NCBI RefSeq assembly: GCF_001194135.2
Contig: NC_068985.1
Location: 122,628,906 to 122,692,905, forward strand
From: Octopus bimaculoides
Lineage: Eukaryota
Direction: 5' to 3'
Length of the DNA: 64,000 nucleotides
In this document: one piece after another, positions 25,025 through 39,038 of the stretch
How the letters are laid out: the number at the start of each line of letters is the position of its first letter
Position numbering within the stretch: position 1 is the stretch's first letter
Position numbers and translations under genes: made by a program
The notes under the pieces: generated by a model
The model's input: the letters and a program-made list of their open reading frames with translations, nothing else
Told to the model about the DNA's origin: nothing
Database searches by the model: none

Positions 25025-28000
25025 TTATGTATTGCTTGCTTAGTGGTTGAATCAACAAAGTAGGAGCCAATCCAGTGAGAGTTAAATATCATTTAATGAC
25101 TACAAAAATTATATGTGAGCTATGTCTTGTCTCATGTTTGGATAGTACAGTCACTGTACAGGTTTGTATAGTGCACCATGCTCTCTCTGACAATCAGATA
25201 AACACATAAATACTTGTATGTTTTTTAAGCATGTACATGTTAACGTCTATGTTAACGAGTGTGTTGAGATGTCTCCCTTTGTGTGAAAATGTAATTAGCA
25301 ATTTAATTTTTAAAAAATTGTTGCTGGTAATAGAATTACTGGGAATGATATGATCAGCTAAAAGTCTTGATGGTAGTGCCCCAGCATAGCCATAGACCAG
25401 GCACTGAACCCAATGAAAGATTAAACAAATTATACATAAATACAGCAACTAATTTCCTACATTGTCATTTTGTTGCCGTACTGAATATTACTGGTATGAT
25501 AAAAAGTGGAACCAGTAATAACCATATGAAATAAGGCGAACAAAATTGTGATGTCCAAAAAGTGCTCTATTTTTTAAATATTTTTGAAGTGGAAGCGCCC
25601 ATGAACCTTTCATAAGACCTCTGAGACTAGTGAGAAGGTGGGAGCATGATATTCTTGCATCAGAGATTGAATGCTTACAACAAAGTAGATTCTACTTAAG
25701 GGTCTTAAAGTGTCAGATGGTGGTGGTGATGGAGGTGTCAAACCTATCAATAAAGTAGACCATGGCAGGATTCTTAAGCTTTGAATTATAGCTGACTGGC
25801 TCCCACACAGTTTCATCAACTCAACTTTGCTTACATGGCTTGGATCAAGCCAATGTTATCAAAAGACACTTGTCAAGGTGCTGTACAGTGGGACTGAACC
25901 TAAAACTACATGATTTGCAAAGTGAACTTAACTACTTGGCCATAGCTGCATTCTGATAACTATAGACATATACACATTCACAATCCTTCTGCTCACATGC
26001 CCACACATATGTACTGAGGTACCAGCACACAAACACAGTCAGACATTCAGAGATGAACTGGGGCGATACAGCAACAGCTTAAAAATAAGTGCTTGAAATA
26101 TAGAAAATATAAACTAATTAATACAAAAGCAGAGACTCTCTGAATACATGGGGTATTATTGTTGTCTTGATCATAGATCTACTCAGCTTTGGTTGAGCAG
26201 ATCTATGACCAAGAATTCATAAGGGATCAGTTGCTTTTACAGGTAAAGTGTATCTTGGACAACATTTTTTGCAGAGATTGCAATGTACATGTATGGTTTG
26301 ATGGAAATTGGGTTGCTAATTCTTTGAATTAATGTAATAAAGATAAGCCTAAAAACCTAGTAAGATTAAGTAGATATCAGATTTTGTTGAATCATAGTTG
26401 GTTGAGACAGTGGACACCTGTCACATCCAACAACGTTTCATAGTTTGGTACATGCTTTTTCTTATTCTCTAGAATGAAGTTAAACTCAGTTTCATGAAAA
26501 CCGGGTAAGAATTAAAATTTATTTGCAAGGATTTTGCAGACGTAAACCAAACAACCTAGTCTTTCATAATGAGATGGAACTGATGTAGCTATCATAGACT
26601 ACCTCACGGAATCAAGACTTGAGAAATTCTTTGGTCAATCAAGGACTGGTTGTCCAGTGTTTTTGCAGAACCACTATGCTAATAACTTCTTATATTGTCT
26701 GTACATATGCATAGAGACCTGGGTAAGGTATTTTTGATGCAAGTCTCCCCTCTCCCTGCCACTAATATTTATCTATGGGAAAGGCTACAGAGTTGAGCTG
26801 ATACAGCAAGGCACCAGAATCATTGCAGGTATTGCTGTCAGAATAAAGAGAGCTAGAACTGATACTGCAAAGACATCTTGTTTGTCTCTCTAAATAAATA
26901 GATAAGAGATTCTTTGCAGAGTCAATTCATTCAACTATTTAATAACTCTGCTAATTCACCACACCCCTTATAAAGCAAAATAAAAATGTAGGTCTTCTTG
27001 TTTATAGAATAATATATAAACCAAGGTATGGCCCAGTTATGATATATCCAGCTAGACACTTCACCAAGCATGATTTGAAGGCTGTCTAGTTGTCTAAAGC
27101 TCATGTCAACCTCATCACCATTGTTTTAACCTTTTGAATGTGTTAGTGAGCTGTACATCATTTAAATGACATTCCTCTGCGTCTCTACCTTGAGTGACCT
27201 TGTTTGCTAAAGCTCTGGTTTCACCAAACTATTTCTACTCAAGTATTCCTCAGTCTATATCAGCTGTGTGAGTTATAAATTTATCAATGTCAAAAGAGAT
27301 CGATTTGTCTGCTTTACAAAACGAAATCAATATTTATCAAAAGATAATGAATGAAAGGCAAAGTAAACTGAACACCATATTGTAGAATGGGTGATAGATT
27401 TGATTATCTGAAATTCTTTGAAAATTCTATAATATTGAACAGGTTATTGATTATTTTTTTGAAAAAAAAAAAAAAAAACTTATTTTGGGGACTAATTTTT
27501 AAAGCTATGTGCAGTCCATGTAAGAGGGCTATGGAAACATTGTATTATTGAAAAACTTAAATTAAAAAGAAAATTGAGATGGAATATTTGCAGCACAGTA
27601 GCAAATTACAAAATAATTGAAGTTTGTTTACAGTTAGATCATAATTTAGAAACATCAAAAAATATTAAAATAAGTCTTGCTTTTTTTTATGAAGCTGTTC
27701 AAATGCAAATGTACCTATAAATAATCGCTTGCAATACACTGGGTAAAAAAAAAAGAAACCCTTTGGATGGAAAAAGGGCAAACAGACATCCATGGAAATC
27801 AAGCCACATATCTGCCAAGCACCAGACACCATGATAACTGTGATATTGTTTACACTAAAGTACCTAATTTGTCTTTTACAAATTTGCTTCAATGAAAATG
27901 TAGATATAAATTAACAGTATACTATTAGGTAAAAAAAAGGTGGTGAAAAAAGGAAGTTCTTAGGATGGAAAACTAGGTGAACAGATACTCACTAGAGTTA

Positions 28001-29523
28001 AACTATACATCTGCCATAAACCAAAATTTAATTTTGTGTTTTTATAAGGATAATCAATTCTACCATTTTTTTCTATGATAAAGAGTGCCATGAAATATCT
28101 AGTATTTATTGTACCAATTAGACAATACCTTCTCAGTCAGAGCCAAAATAACAACTCTCTTACAACAAATATTGATTTCTTCAGACTAGGAATGTGGCCA
28201 ATTTTTGAATGGGAAGTCATGTAATTAACAGAATTGACCTCGGTATATTCTTGACGTTTGTTTTATTGATTTGAAGCAGGAGCATAAAATTAAAACATTG
28301 GTTGTGGGGCAGGGAAGGATTTGAACTCATTTGAATATGGAGCTAAACTGTGATACTACTATACTACCATCTCTGCCAACACTCATACTCTTACCTCTCT
28401 TGCTATTAGCAATATTTGAAAGTTGATAGCTTTGTCATAACATTAACCTATATTATTTCATATGTATATTTATCATTAAAATAACAACGTTCCTCATATT
28501 ATCAGCTTAATTTATGGAACTACACTCAGCTATTTAGAAAATAAAACAGCAAACCTGGATGTAATTAAAGTAAAGTAAAATGAATGTAGTTTTAAATATT
28601 AAAGAGAAAGCTGAGCAGATTTTATAGATCACGTAGGCTTTTGTAGTCAGTAGAAGCAAAATGGATGAGTGGTAATGATTTGAACCTATGACCAGCTCAT
28701 AGGTTAGCCTTTTGTCATTGCTTTTTAGCCCCAGGTTCACCTAAGTTCTGAAATCCTACAATCAAAGACACTCAAATCAATATCATTCCATCTTTTTCAA
28801 TATGTGTCATGGACTATATTGTCCAATGCATCACTCTTTTAACGCAATGTAGTTTAAGAGACATTTGGCTGCTATTTCTAAAAGATTAAGTGGCTCCCTA
28901 ATTTACTCTTTGGTTGTTATTCTTTAGCAATCCAAGTCAGGATTGATAAAGCAGACCTATGATCAACAGCAGTTAAACTTTGACCAATCAGTCTTTCCAG
29001 ATATAGTTAAATACTATGGATTCCATTATCCAACATGCTCTTTTTTAATGACTTAACAACATGGTTTAATGGAGATTTGACAGGCATTTCTAGCAGGTTG
29101 AGCAATGGCAGTGACTCTTTCAGGTAGCAAACTGTATCTAATGCATTTCTTACTCTACCATTAGGAATATTTATTCAAGTTAATGTGGAAGATATAGTTC
29201 TTATCTGGTGAACATAAGCTTCTTATGAGCCATTTGAGGCCAGTGTAAGTATTTATTCTATTTTATGAACTTTTCTCACTAGACTGAAACCATGCTGGGG
29301 TAGCAACTTCAAGAGCTTTAGATGATTATATCAAACTCAGCACATATGTTGGCCTGATACTTATTTTATCCATCCTTATAATGGATCACTAAGATACTGA
29401 TAAAGTGATATATCTTAACACACCAGTAAACATAAAAACAGAGATGCAGTGGACAGTACTCTTGGTACCATGCAGTGGCGACCTGTGTATATGTATGTAT
29501 ATGTGTATATACACATATATATA

Positions 29524-30697
29524 TTCATTTTTTTTCATTTTATCTAGTTTCAACTCATGAGCTGTGTCCATGCTAAGGTACTGCCATTTGGTGTTGCTAC
29601 ATAATTTTACTTCACAAATTTTACTTCACAAATTTTACTTCAGGAATTGACATTTGGTGCATGAGAGAGTTTGATGCAGCTGCCCTCATCTGCACCTCTT
29701 GCCGCAAAGTTCGTTCATCTGGGGCACTTGACAGGAAGAGGTCGNNNNNNNNNNNNNNNNNNNNNNNNNNNNNNNNNNNNNNNNNNNNNNNNNNNNNNNN
29801 NNNNNNNNNNNNNNNNNNNNNNNNNNNNNNNNNNNNNNNNNNNNNNNNNNNNNNNNNNNNNNNNNNNNNNNNNNNNNNNNNNNNNNNNNNNNNNNNNNNN
29901 NNNNNNNNNNNNNNNNNNNNNNNNNNNNNNNNNNNNNNNNNNNNNNNNNNNNNNNNNNNNNNNNNNNNNNNNNNNNNNNNNNNNNNNNNNNNNNNNNNNN
30001 NNNNNNNNNNNNNNNNNNNNNNNNNNNNNNNNNNNNNNNNNNNNNNNNNNNNNNNNNNNNNNNNNNNNNNNNNNNNNNNNNNNNNNNNNNNNNNNNNNNN
30101 NNNNNNNNNNNNNNNNNNNNNNNNNNNNNNNNNNNNGGACAAGTGTTCTCCAGAGGACCATCATAGTTTCCTGATCTCTTGTTCTAAAAGTTCTAAGAAT
30201 CCATCCAGTCAGTCGCCTGCATTTCATTGACAATTTAGCAACATGCACATGAAAGGATGCATTATTACTCATGTAAATGCCCAGGTCTCGCACTGACTGT
30301 GCCTCTGAGATTGCAGTCCTTCCAGGTCCAGTGTATTTAATGGGTACTACATTTAGTCTTGCATGCTGATAGCACAAGACTTGAAACTTTTCAGCATTAA
30401 ACTGCATGTTATTCTTTTCAGCCCACTTGTATATTTCATCCAGCTCACATTGCAGGTGCATAGTGTCTTCAGGGTTCTGTATTACCTGTGAGACTTTTGT
30501 ATCATCTGCGTAACTTGTGATTGTGGCTCTCTGTGTGGCTGAGGGCACGTCTGAGAGTGCCAATATGAACAGTAGTGGTCTGAAAACAGTACCTTGCGGA
30601 ACACCGCTCACTATATGCATGTCATTGGAGATGGCCCCATTGGCTACTACCACTTGACTTCTATCCTTCAGAAAGTCATGAAGCCATTCTCCCAATT
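29524..30697 (-). mobile_element. 5'-truncated non-LTR retrotransposon (L2/CR1-group) RT C-terminal half and 3' end, split by a gap
   Basis: SGVPQGTVFRPLLF, YADDTK, FNAEKFQVL and VRDLGIYM motifs. After the gap comes DLFLSSAPDE...SNSLMHQ, then a (TGAAGTAAAATTTG) x~3 repeat and an aaatgaaaaaaaatgaa-type tail at ~29525. Confidence 0.9.
29745..30136. other. Assembly gap (largest of nine N-runs)
   Basis: Other N-runs: 4495-4504, 21432-21441, 35904-35913, 39207-39216, 50141-50287, 54104-54323, 59826-59979 and 61758-62047. Confidence 1.
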
Positions 30698-31759
30698 TTC
30701 CAACTAGAGAGTGTGCTGGGTGCTTTTACTTGTCACCACATGGATTATTTTACTTGGCACCACCCGGGTGCTTTTATGTGGCACCGCAGAGGTGATTTGC
30801 ATGTGCGTTTTTACTGATGCCACACGGGCACACACATACAATAGTATTTGATACAGTTTATTTGCACTCATTGCAATCACAAAACAAGGGTCAACTTGAA
30901 ATTATTCCCCAATTTGCCATGCAGGACGACTGAAAGCAAGACCATGTGTTTGGAGAGGAAACTGCTTACTCCCTCAGTTACACATGTATCTATAATAGCT
31001 AAAGTTTTTTTCAGTCAAATGTAATTTATATATAGCTATATATTTATGACTGATTCAATATTTGAATTGCATTAATAAACAGTATTACAGATTGAATGTA
31101 TGTTGATGTAACTATCACACACTCACACACACATATGTTTGTGTATGTATATATTAGTATGCTTTTATGTATGAGTGTATGTATGTGTACCAATTGAAAG
31201 TGTGAATTACATATAAATTATTACAAAAAGTTTATGTTAAAATTTTAAAACTTCATGTTAATGACTCTAGCTTATATTTATTTAATTTTTCATTTGTTTC
31301 CACACACATACTCATAAAGACACACACACAAAAAGGACTTTGTTTATGAGGTACACATCAAACTGACAAGATCAAAAGAACTTTGTCACAACAATTCAAC
31401 TGAATCACAAATATTGTCTGCTGAAGAGAGAAGGAGGAATGGTATGTATTTCGAAGAGTGACATTTGAAGAATTCAGACAATAACGAGTTACCGTTTTCA
31501 TTATTCTGACTGTGAATGAGTTGAAGTTGATGAATAAACAAACGAGCTGAACAAAGAATAAAAAAAAATCGTGGTGATAATCAGACCAAATTAATTTTGC
31601 ATCATCAGCTGTATAAAATCAGAGAGGTAAATTGGTCGAATCAGAGCACAGGACAAAATGCTATACAGTATTTGTTTCAGCCCTTTATATTCTGAGTTCA
31701 AATCCCACTGACGTCCATTTTGCCCTTCATCCTTCCAGGGTCAGGTCAGGTATGGGGGC

Positions 31760-32660
31760 ATGTGTTATTTGTCAGTAATTGTTCAGGTCATCCTGGGTAA
31801 TCTTCCAAGCAGCATTGCTGTCACTTTCAATCTCTGTTGTGATCATGTGGCATGTGGTTGACCAACATAAGGTGTCACCCCAGGTGGATCCTCAGGAAAG
31901 CAAACATGATACACAGGATCCAATTTGGAAAATTGAGCAACATGACCGAACTATCTGAACTGATGCACCTGAATCATGCAAGTAACAGGATGCATTCCAG
32001 GTTCTGAGCATAATTGTTGGTTGGATGTGAAATCTTACTAATGGTAACCCATAATCCTATGAAATGAAGGTGCATGGCTTAGTGGTTAGGGTGTTGGACT
32101 CATGATTGTAAGATTGTGGTTTCGATACCTGGATTGGGTGATGTGTTGTGTTCTTGAGCAAAACACTTCACTTCACATTTCTCCAGTCCACTCAACTGTA
32201 GAAATGAGTTTAGCCTGGAGAGGGATGTGGACTTAATCAGACTTTCTCATTCTAGATACATTAAATGGCTGCAGCATCTCAATGACCCCTAAGGGGTTAA
32301 GGGACTTGCTAATTGTCAATCCTACGAAACATCCTGGTATCAAATGAGTTCAGGTAGTTCCTAAAGGGCCTAGACTGTGTCCAAGTCTTGCAAATAGAAA
32401 GCAAGTCAGGGAGACCAGAGGCCTTAGGACCGGAACCTTTGTCCTTCCTCTCAGATAGTAGCAGCACCAAACTCCCTTGTCCAATGAAGGTCACAACTGC
32501 ACCAGTACATTTTAAAGTCTTTTTGAGACTTTGTACTCACAGCTGATGCTGCTTCGGATCCCACTGCCAAGTCAAGGGAAACAGTCAACAACTTCAACAT
32601 GCTCCCCTGCAGCAGAGACAGACAAGATGGAGTCCTTCAGGAAGCTAACACCTCATTCCT
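31760..32660 (-). mobile_element. Old RTE-clade LINE RT C-terminal remnant, interrupted by a tRNA-derived SINE
   Basis: Minus frames LLSICKTWT...LNSFDTRMFRRI (cf. LLYGCETWT...LDAFExRxLRRI) and, beyond the SINE, IMGYH...QFR*FGHVAQ...GQPHAT* (cf. RxFGHVAR...GRPRxTW). Confidence 0.6.
32065..32215 (+). mobile_element. tRNA-derived SINE (decayed)
   Basis: A-box TGGCTTAGTGG and B-box-like GGTTTCGATACC, followed by ttcttgagcaaaacacttcacttcaca core-like sequence. Confidence 0.7.
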
Positions 32661-33089
32661 GGGTTACTCTGTTACTTGTTTCAGTCATTTGACTGTGGCC
32701 ATGCTGGAGTACCGCTTTAGAGGTTTTAGTCAAACAAATTGACCCCAGGGCTTATTTTTTTAAAGCTTAGTACTTATTTTATCAGTCTCTTTTGCCAAAC
32801 CACTAAGTTACAGTGACGTAAACACAACCAAAACTGGTTGTCAAGCAGTGAAGCGGGGACACACAAAGACACACACTCACAGGATTTTGGTCGGCTTGAA
32901 GCTATAGTAGGAGACACTTGCTCAAGGTGCCACACAGTGGGACTGAACCTGGAACCATGTGATTGGGAAGCAAGGTTCTTATCACACATCCATGCCTGAC
33001 CAGTCAAGTACTGGAGTTGACGGTATTGACTAAACCCTGCTTCTCCTAAAAATTTCTAACCTTGTACTTAATTTTGAAACAATTAATAG

Positions 33090-33439
33090 TCATCATCATC
33101 ATCATCGTTTAACGTCCGCTTTCCATGCTAGCATGGGTTGGACGATTTGACTGAGGACTGGTGAAACCGGATGGCAACACCAGGCTCCAATCTAAATTTG
33201 GCAGAGTTTCTACAGCTGGATGCCCTTCCTAACGCCAACCACTCAGAGTGTAGTGGGTGCTTTTACGTGTCACCCGCACGAAGGCCAGTCAGGCGGTACT
33301 GGCAACGGCCACACTCAAAATGGTGTATTTTATGTGCCACCCACACAAGAGCTAGTCCAGGGGCACTGGCAACGATCTCGCTCGAAAATCCTACGAAGGC
33401 CAGTCAGGCGGTGCTGGCAACGGCCACGCTCAAAATGGT
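33090..33439 (-). mobile_element. Young RTE-type 3' fragment, truncated in the tandem array
   Basis: Nearly identical to 5506-5831 over ~190 bp, with CpGs largely intact. Confidence 0.85.
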
Positions 33440-35188
33440 ATTATCAATTAATGGATAATTAAATTTATTAAATTATAAATCGTATAAAAAAAAGTTAAAC
33501 ATTGGCTTTCATTGAATGAGTACTTAATTTCAGTCTCCATAGTGTAAGGAAGAGAGGTGAATCTTCTCACTGGACATGATACTGTCTATACACACACTGA
33601 GGCTTCTTTTCAGTTTCCATCTACCAAATTCACTTGCAAGGCTTTGGTCATCTCAAGGCTATACAGAAGACAGCATTTGTTCATAGAGTCATGTCTGTGC
33701 AATATCTGGATGTATATCTCAAAATGATAGTGTTTATATCATATCTTTTACCCTCTGAGTGGATGCTAAACAATTTGAGCAATCGCAATGAAAAAAGGTA
33801 GCCAATAATTGTTGAATTTTAGTCTAAAATCAGCTCTGATCAGGCAGACTAATGATCATAAGCATTCCAAATGTCACCATCCTGTTTTTTTAGCCATAAT
33901 CAATGAATCCAGAGCATGAACAACTTGTTCTTTTCTATGATCATTGTATGGGATAAGAAAAGAGATTTGGCTGTTATTTCTAGCAGGTTGAGCATCTGCA
34001 TAACGCTACCTGCATTGTTATTCAGTCTATTCTGCAGCTGCTCTGATTGTTATAAGTTCCATATATGGATTGATGTGCAACACCCAATCCCAAGTTAAAC
34101 ACTCAGTTTATGTAAACATCTACCACCACCACTACCAGGTGGATATTTTGCTTGTCTATAAGGTGATTACACAACATCTTTGATTAAAAGCTGCTTAGAA
34201 CACAGGTGATTAGGTGAAATTTTGAAATGTTAATACTTTCATCAATGACAGTAGTTAGTAGAACTTATTTTCTCTAATGTCAGAATGTATGAGGAAAAAA
34301 AAAAATTTCCTTGGTTGGAATATTATGGCTCTTTACAAGAAACAGGTGGTAACCTAGTTTTCAGAAATATAACCCAATGTGAGAAGAAATAATTATTTTG
34401 TTGAGAGAAATAAATTTGTAATGCTGGTGTTATTTAACCCCAGACCAGACTTGATTAAACAGACTAATGATAAAAGACATTCCAGTGGTGACAAGTCTAT
34501 CTTTGCTTCTCTAGATAATATAGTTTAAGATACTAGTTTTTCTTTTCAAAGATGGTAGGGTTTGATTCGAGAGAGATTTGGCTACTTTTTTTAGCAGGTT
34601 AAGTGACTATGTACAGGTTCTTTCATTAGTTGGAATAAACTTGTTAATCATAGGCTGATATTCTAATTCCCTATTCAGTTCAACAGATTTCTACAGCTGA
34701 CTGAACACCACTGTATATATACTCCATATGCTACCTATTTTTCCTTCAATATCAAACTAAAAATGTTCAATGGCATAAGAAGTGGATTTGTTACTGAAAG
34801 TAGAATATCATTAAGAATGTAAAGAGAAATAAGTCCATGATGAAAATTCTATATTATCACTTTACTTGTAAGAAATAACACCTAAAATTTCTTCATAACA
34901 AATCCTACCATTCTAAAAATGTGTCTTGTATTATAACCTAAGGTTGGCCAATGACTTTAGTTTTGTGGGAGAGTAGGAGGCATTTATTTCATCAGATGCT
35001 TGGAGCATGTATGTGTGTGTGCATGTTGAGTGGTTGGTGTTAGGAAGGGCATCCAGCTGTAAAAATCATGCCAAAACAGACACAGAAGTCTGGTGCAGGC
35101 TTCTGCCTGGCTGGCTCCTATCAAACTGTCCAACCTATGCCAACATGGAATGTGGATGTTAAGTGGTGATGATAATATATACATACAC

Positions 35189-35236
<48 letters not shown>

Positions 35237-35649
35237 TTTTACTCTTTTACTCGTTTCAGTCTTTTGACTGTGTCCATGCTGGAGCACATGTGTGTGTGTG
35301 TGTGTGTGTGTGTTTGTGTGTGTTTCAGTCATTAGACTGTAGCCATGTTGGGGCACTGCCTTGAGGAATTTTTAGTCAAACTAATCAACCCCATTGCTTA
35401 TTTTCTTTTTAAGCCTGATATTTATTCAGTTTCTTTTGTCAAACTACTAGTGACAGGAACATAGACACACCAACACTGGTTGTCAAGCAGTGGTGGGAAC
35501 AAATACACACACAGGATGGGCTTCTTCCAGTTTCTGACAAATCCACTCAGAGAACACCTGTCCAAGGTGCCAAACAGTGGGACTGAACCTGAAACCATGT
35601 GGTTGGGAAGCAAACTTTGTACCACCCAGCCATACCACACCTACATATA

Positions 35650-36921
35650 TTAGGTTGTCAAGTATGAAATTTGTAGTAAAGTATATGGTAAACTTTGACA
35701 GCTGCTCATTTTGCTCTTTATAAAGTATTTATAAATCGTTTTTTGTTATTTTTGGCTAGAGATAGGTAAGCTGGAAATTCGTACAGTTTTGAAATATGAG
35801 TTCTTTCTTGGAAATACAGCATCACAGACAGCTCGGAATATTAATGGAGTGTTTCATTCTAATGTTATTACACAGCAGACAGTATCAAATTGGTCGCAAA
35901 ATTNNNNNNNNNNAATATTAATGGAGTGTTTCATTCTAATGTTATTACACAGCAGACAGTATCAAATTGGTCGCAAAATTTTGTTCTGGTAACTTTGACC
36001 TCACAAATGAGCAATGCAGTCGACCAGAAACAAAGGTAGATAATGACGAACAGAAAGTCACTGTCGAGTCAGATCCATCTCAAAGTGCCCATGAATTATC
36101 GTTGTTGTTTGGTGTTAGCAAGCAAACAATATTGACTCATCTAATTCAAATCAGTAAAGTGAAAAAATTGGATAAGTGGGTTCGACATGAACTCAATGGA
36201 AACCAGAAACAGCAACGTTTGGAAGCCTGCATTATGCTACTTTCTTGTCACAAAAATGAATCCTTTTTGAATCGACTTGTAGCATGTGATGAGAAATGGA
36301 TCCAATACAACAACTGTAAACGTTCAGTACAATGGTTGGACAAAGATGAGCCACCAAAATACCGTCCAAAAAGCAAAATTTATCAAAAGAAGCTGATGGT
36401 GTGTGTTTGGTGGTCTGGCGCAGGTGTGATCCATTATGATTTCATTAAACCTGGTTCATCAATCCCAGCCGAAGTATACTGCAGCCAACTGGACCAAATG
36501 ATGCAGAAACTTACCAAAAAACAGCCTAGATTAGTCAACAGATACATTTCTATTTTATTGCATAACAACGCCAAACCAAATTGGCGAAACTACAGGAGAT
36601 GAAGTTGGAAGTTCTCCATCATCCACCATACTCACCTGATCTTCCCCCCCCAACACTGACCACCACTTCTACCAGAATTTGGGTAACTTTTTGATAGGAA
36701 AATAATTTAATTCCAACAATGCTGTAAAACAGGCCTTCCAAGATTTTACTGACTCTAGATTGCCAGACTTTTACAGTTCTGGGCTGGACAAGCTACTGCT
36801 GAAATGGCAAAAGTTTATTGACAATATGGGTGCATACTTTGATGAATAAAACTATTCCTTGTATTTATAAAATATTAGCAAACTTTTTTCTTTTCTACAA
36901 ATTTCATACCTGACGACCTAA
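35650..36921 (+). mobile_element. Mariner transposon (Hsmar1/SETMAR-like), near full length, transposase inactivated
   Basis: 27-bp TIRs ttaggttgtcaagtatgaaatttgtag / ctacaaatttcatacctgacgacctaa (2 mismatches) with TA on both sides. ORF 35967-36602 contains WVRHEL, CDEKW and LLHNNAKP; after a frameshift comes HPPYSPDL. Confidence 0.93.
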
Positions 36922-36934
36922 TATATGTGTGTGT

Positions 36935-37456
36935 ATGGATGAGGATGCTTATAGATGAGGACAGCAGTGTGAAGAAGTGTCACACCCTAACAGTAGAGGG
37001 GAACCTGTGGAAGAGGTAGACTCAGGAAGACATGGGATGAGGTGGTGAAGCATGACCTTCAAACATTGGGCCTCCGAGACCTATGGAGATAGGCTGTGCT
37101 TGAGAAGACCCAGCAAGCTAAGTGAGATTGTAGCCGTGGGCAATGCCAGTGTTGCATAAGTGGCCCATTTAAAAGTACCCTTTAATTGTCGGGCAATATG
37201 CTGTTTGAGAAGACCTGTTGAGTCAAGTGAAATAGTTGAGGCTGATGCCAGTGCTGCCTGATTGGCTCCCATGCCGGTGGCACATAAAAAGCATCCACTA
37301 TACTCTCGGAGTGGTTGGTGTTAGGAAGGGCATCCAGCTGTAGAAACCTTGTCAGATCATATTAGAGCCTGGTGCAGCCTCCTAGCTTACCAGTCCTCAG
37401 TCAAACCATCCAACCCATGCCAGCATGGAGAGCAGACATTAAACGATGATGATGAT
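36935..37456 (+). mobile_element. RTE-clade LINE 3' end with a single array unit and (GAT)n tail
   Basis: Encodes TCGRGRLRKTWDEVVKHDLQTLGL (RTE C-terminal GRPRxTW motif) and has the same 3' UTR and tail as 15050-15877. Confidence 0.85.
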
Positions 37457-37589
37457 GTGGATTCCAATAACTGTTTCCCCAGGAACACTAATACTCTCTC
37501 TTCTTTCTCCTTCCCACTCTAGTTCATTTACAACAGTAATCCTCTCTCTGTCTCCATTGGTCATATAGCAGCAAATGAATAGAGACTAA

Positions 37590-37800
37590 TTAGAGTATTT
37601 AGGACCCTTTCTGTTCTGTAGGGTACAAAGTATATTCACTAGAGCTATAACCAAAACTAAATGCACTAAGTACATTCTGAAAAGTGGTTAGTGTTAGGGT
37701 TAGGGTTAGTGTTAGGGTTAGGAAGGGGGTTAGGGTTAGTGTTAGGGTTAGGAAGGGGGTCCTATAGAAATCATACAAATATGAAATGTACAAAAAAAAA
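37590..37800 (+). repeat. Interstitial telomere-like (TTAGGG/TTAGTG) repeat bracketed by a short inverted repeat; Helentron/HINE-like (tentative)
   Basis: 30-bp unit tagggttagtgttagggttaggaagggggt x2 (37701-37760); taggaccc 37600-37607 / gggtccta 37757-37764. Confidence 0.55.
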
Positions 37801-38983
37801 AAATGTGCTTCTCTGACAAGGCCAAGGAAGGCAGTACTTTCAAATTCAACATGGAATTGATTTGGACCATGATGACCTTTTCAAGTCATGACAATTTGTA
37901 AATTGGACATCTAATGATGGTGATATTTAGATGTGTATAATATACATACATGTATGAATGTAAAAGATGTATTCAGTTTAACAAAGGGAGGTAACTAACA
38001 GTTAATTCAAACTGAATAGAAATTATTGAAATGAGTACCAAAGTAAATAGTATAAATAATTGGCACCAAATCTCTTGAGCTCACTGATTGTACAAGGCTG
38101 CAATGAGGATTGAACCCAGCAAAAGAATATGTATGGAGTTATAAGTTTACTGAATTAACCCCAGTGCTTATTTCTAACAACTTTACAAAATCAGTTTGGA
38201 AAGGAGTGTACATAAATTATAGTTGTTAGTATTTATCAGATAGTGAAATATGACATATTTTAGTGAAGATTATGCACCATATTGTTCTTAGTGTATTACT
38301 GGTATTTCTTTCATCAATGGGACAAGTTGGTTTTTGTAGGCAAGCACCAGAAAGGCCAAATCATAGCCACCCGACACAAGTGTGACTTGGCAGCATGTCC
38401 TATGCTTTCATTAATTGTTTTAGGTGCTTGTGTAGTTACAAGGACAGACACATTTTTAGTCCTCCCACTAGCAGAAAATTGGGGATGTGACAAGTGAGAA
38501 AGAATGAGCGAGGTGGGGGGGGGCTGTATCAGCACTAGTTGATACTCATTACAGCCAAGTAGACTGTGAAGCAATGTAAGATGAAATGCCTTGCTCAAAG
38601 ATATAAGGCACTGCCTGGTTCAGGAAATGGACTCTTGACTTCATGATTGTGAGACTAATGCTCTAATCAGTCGGAAGGTGGTATATAAAGGTGGTATGTA
38701 AGTTGATTAAGCTCAGTAATCAATCGCTGGACCTTCATTGAATCTTCAATTGAAAAGGTCACAAACACATACTGCAAGGTTGTATGATGACCTATTTTCA
38801 CTAACCAATATAGGGCAGTTATTCTCCACCAACAGATCAAACCTGGCAGTGTTATTGGATACGATACTGCATAACAAGCAAGCAAAGTAATCTTTTATAT
38901 TGATTTAGCAGAACAGATTTCTTCAAATACAGAACAGAAGAAAAAGAGAAAGAAAATGAAACTATTTTGTGCAATGAGTAGAC

Positions 38984-39038
<55 letters not shown>

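Noticed and set aside
27000-27125. Minus frame DEVDMSFRQLDSLQ, superficially like PKA-R FKNLDQEQ
   Set aside because: No acceptor, preceded by a stop, and no further similarity.
35838-35980. ~66-bp direct duplication inside the mariner
   Set aside because: The copies are identical and sit on both sides of a 10-N gap: a contig-overlap artefact.
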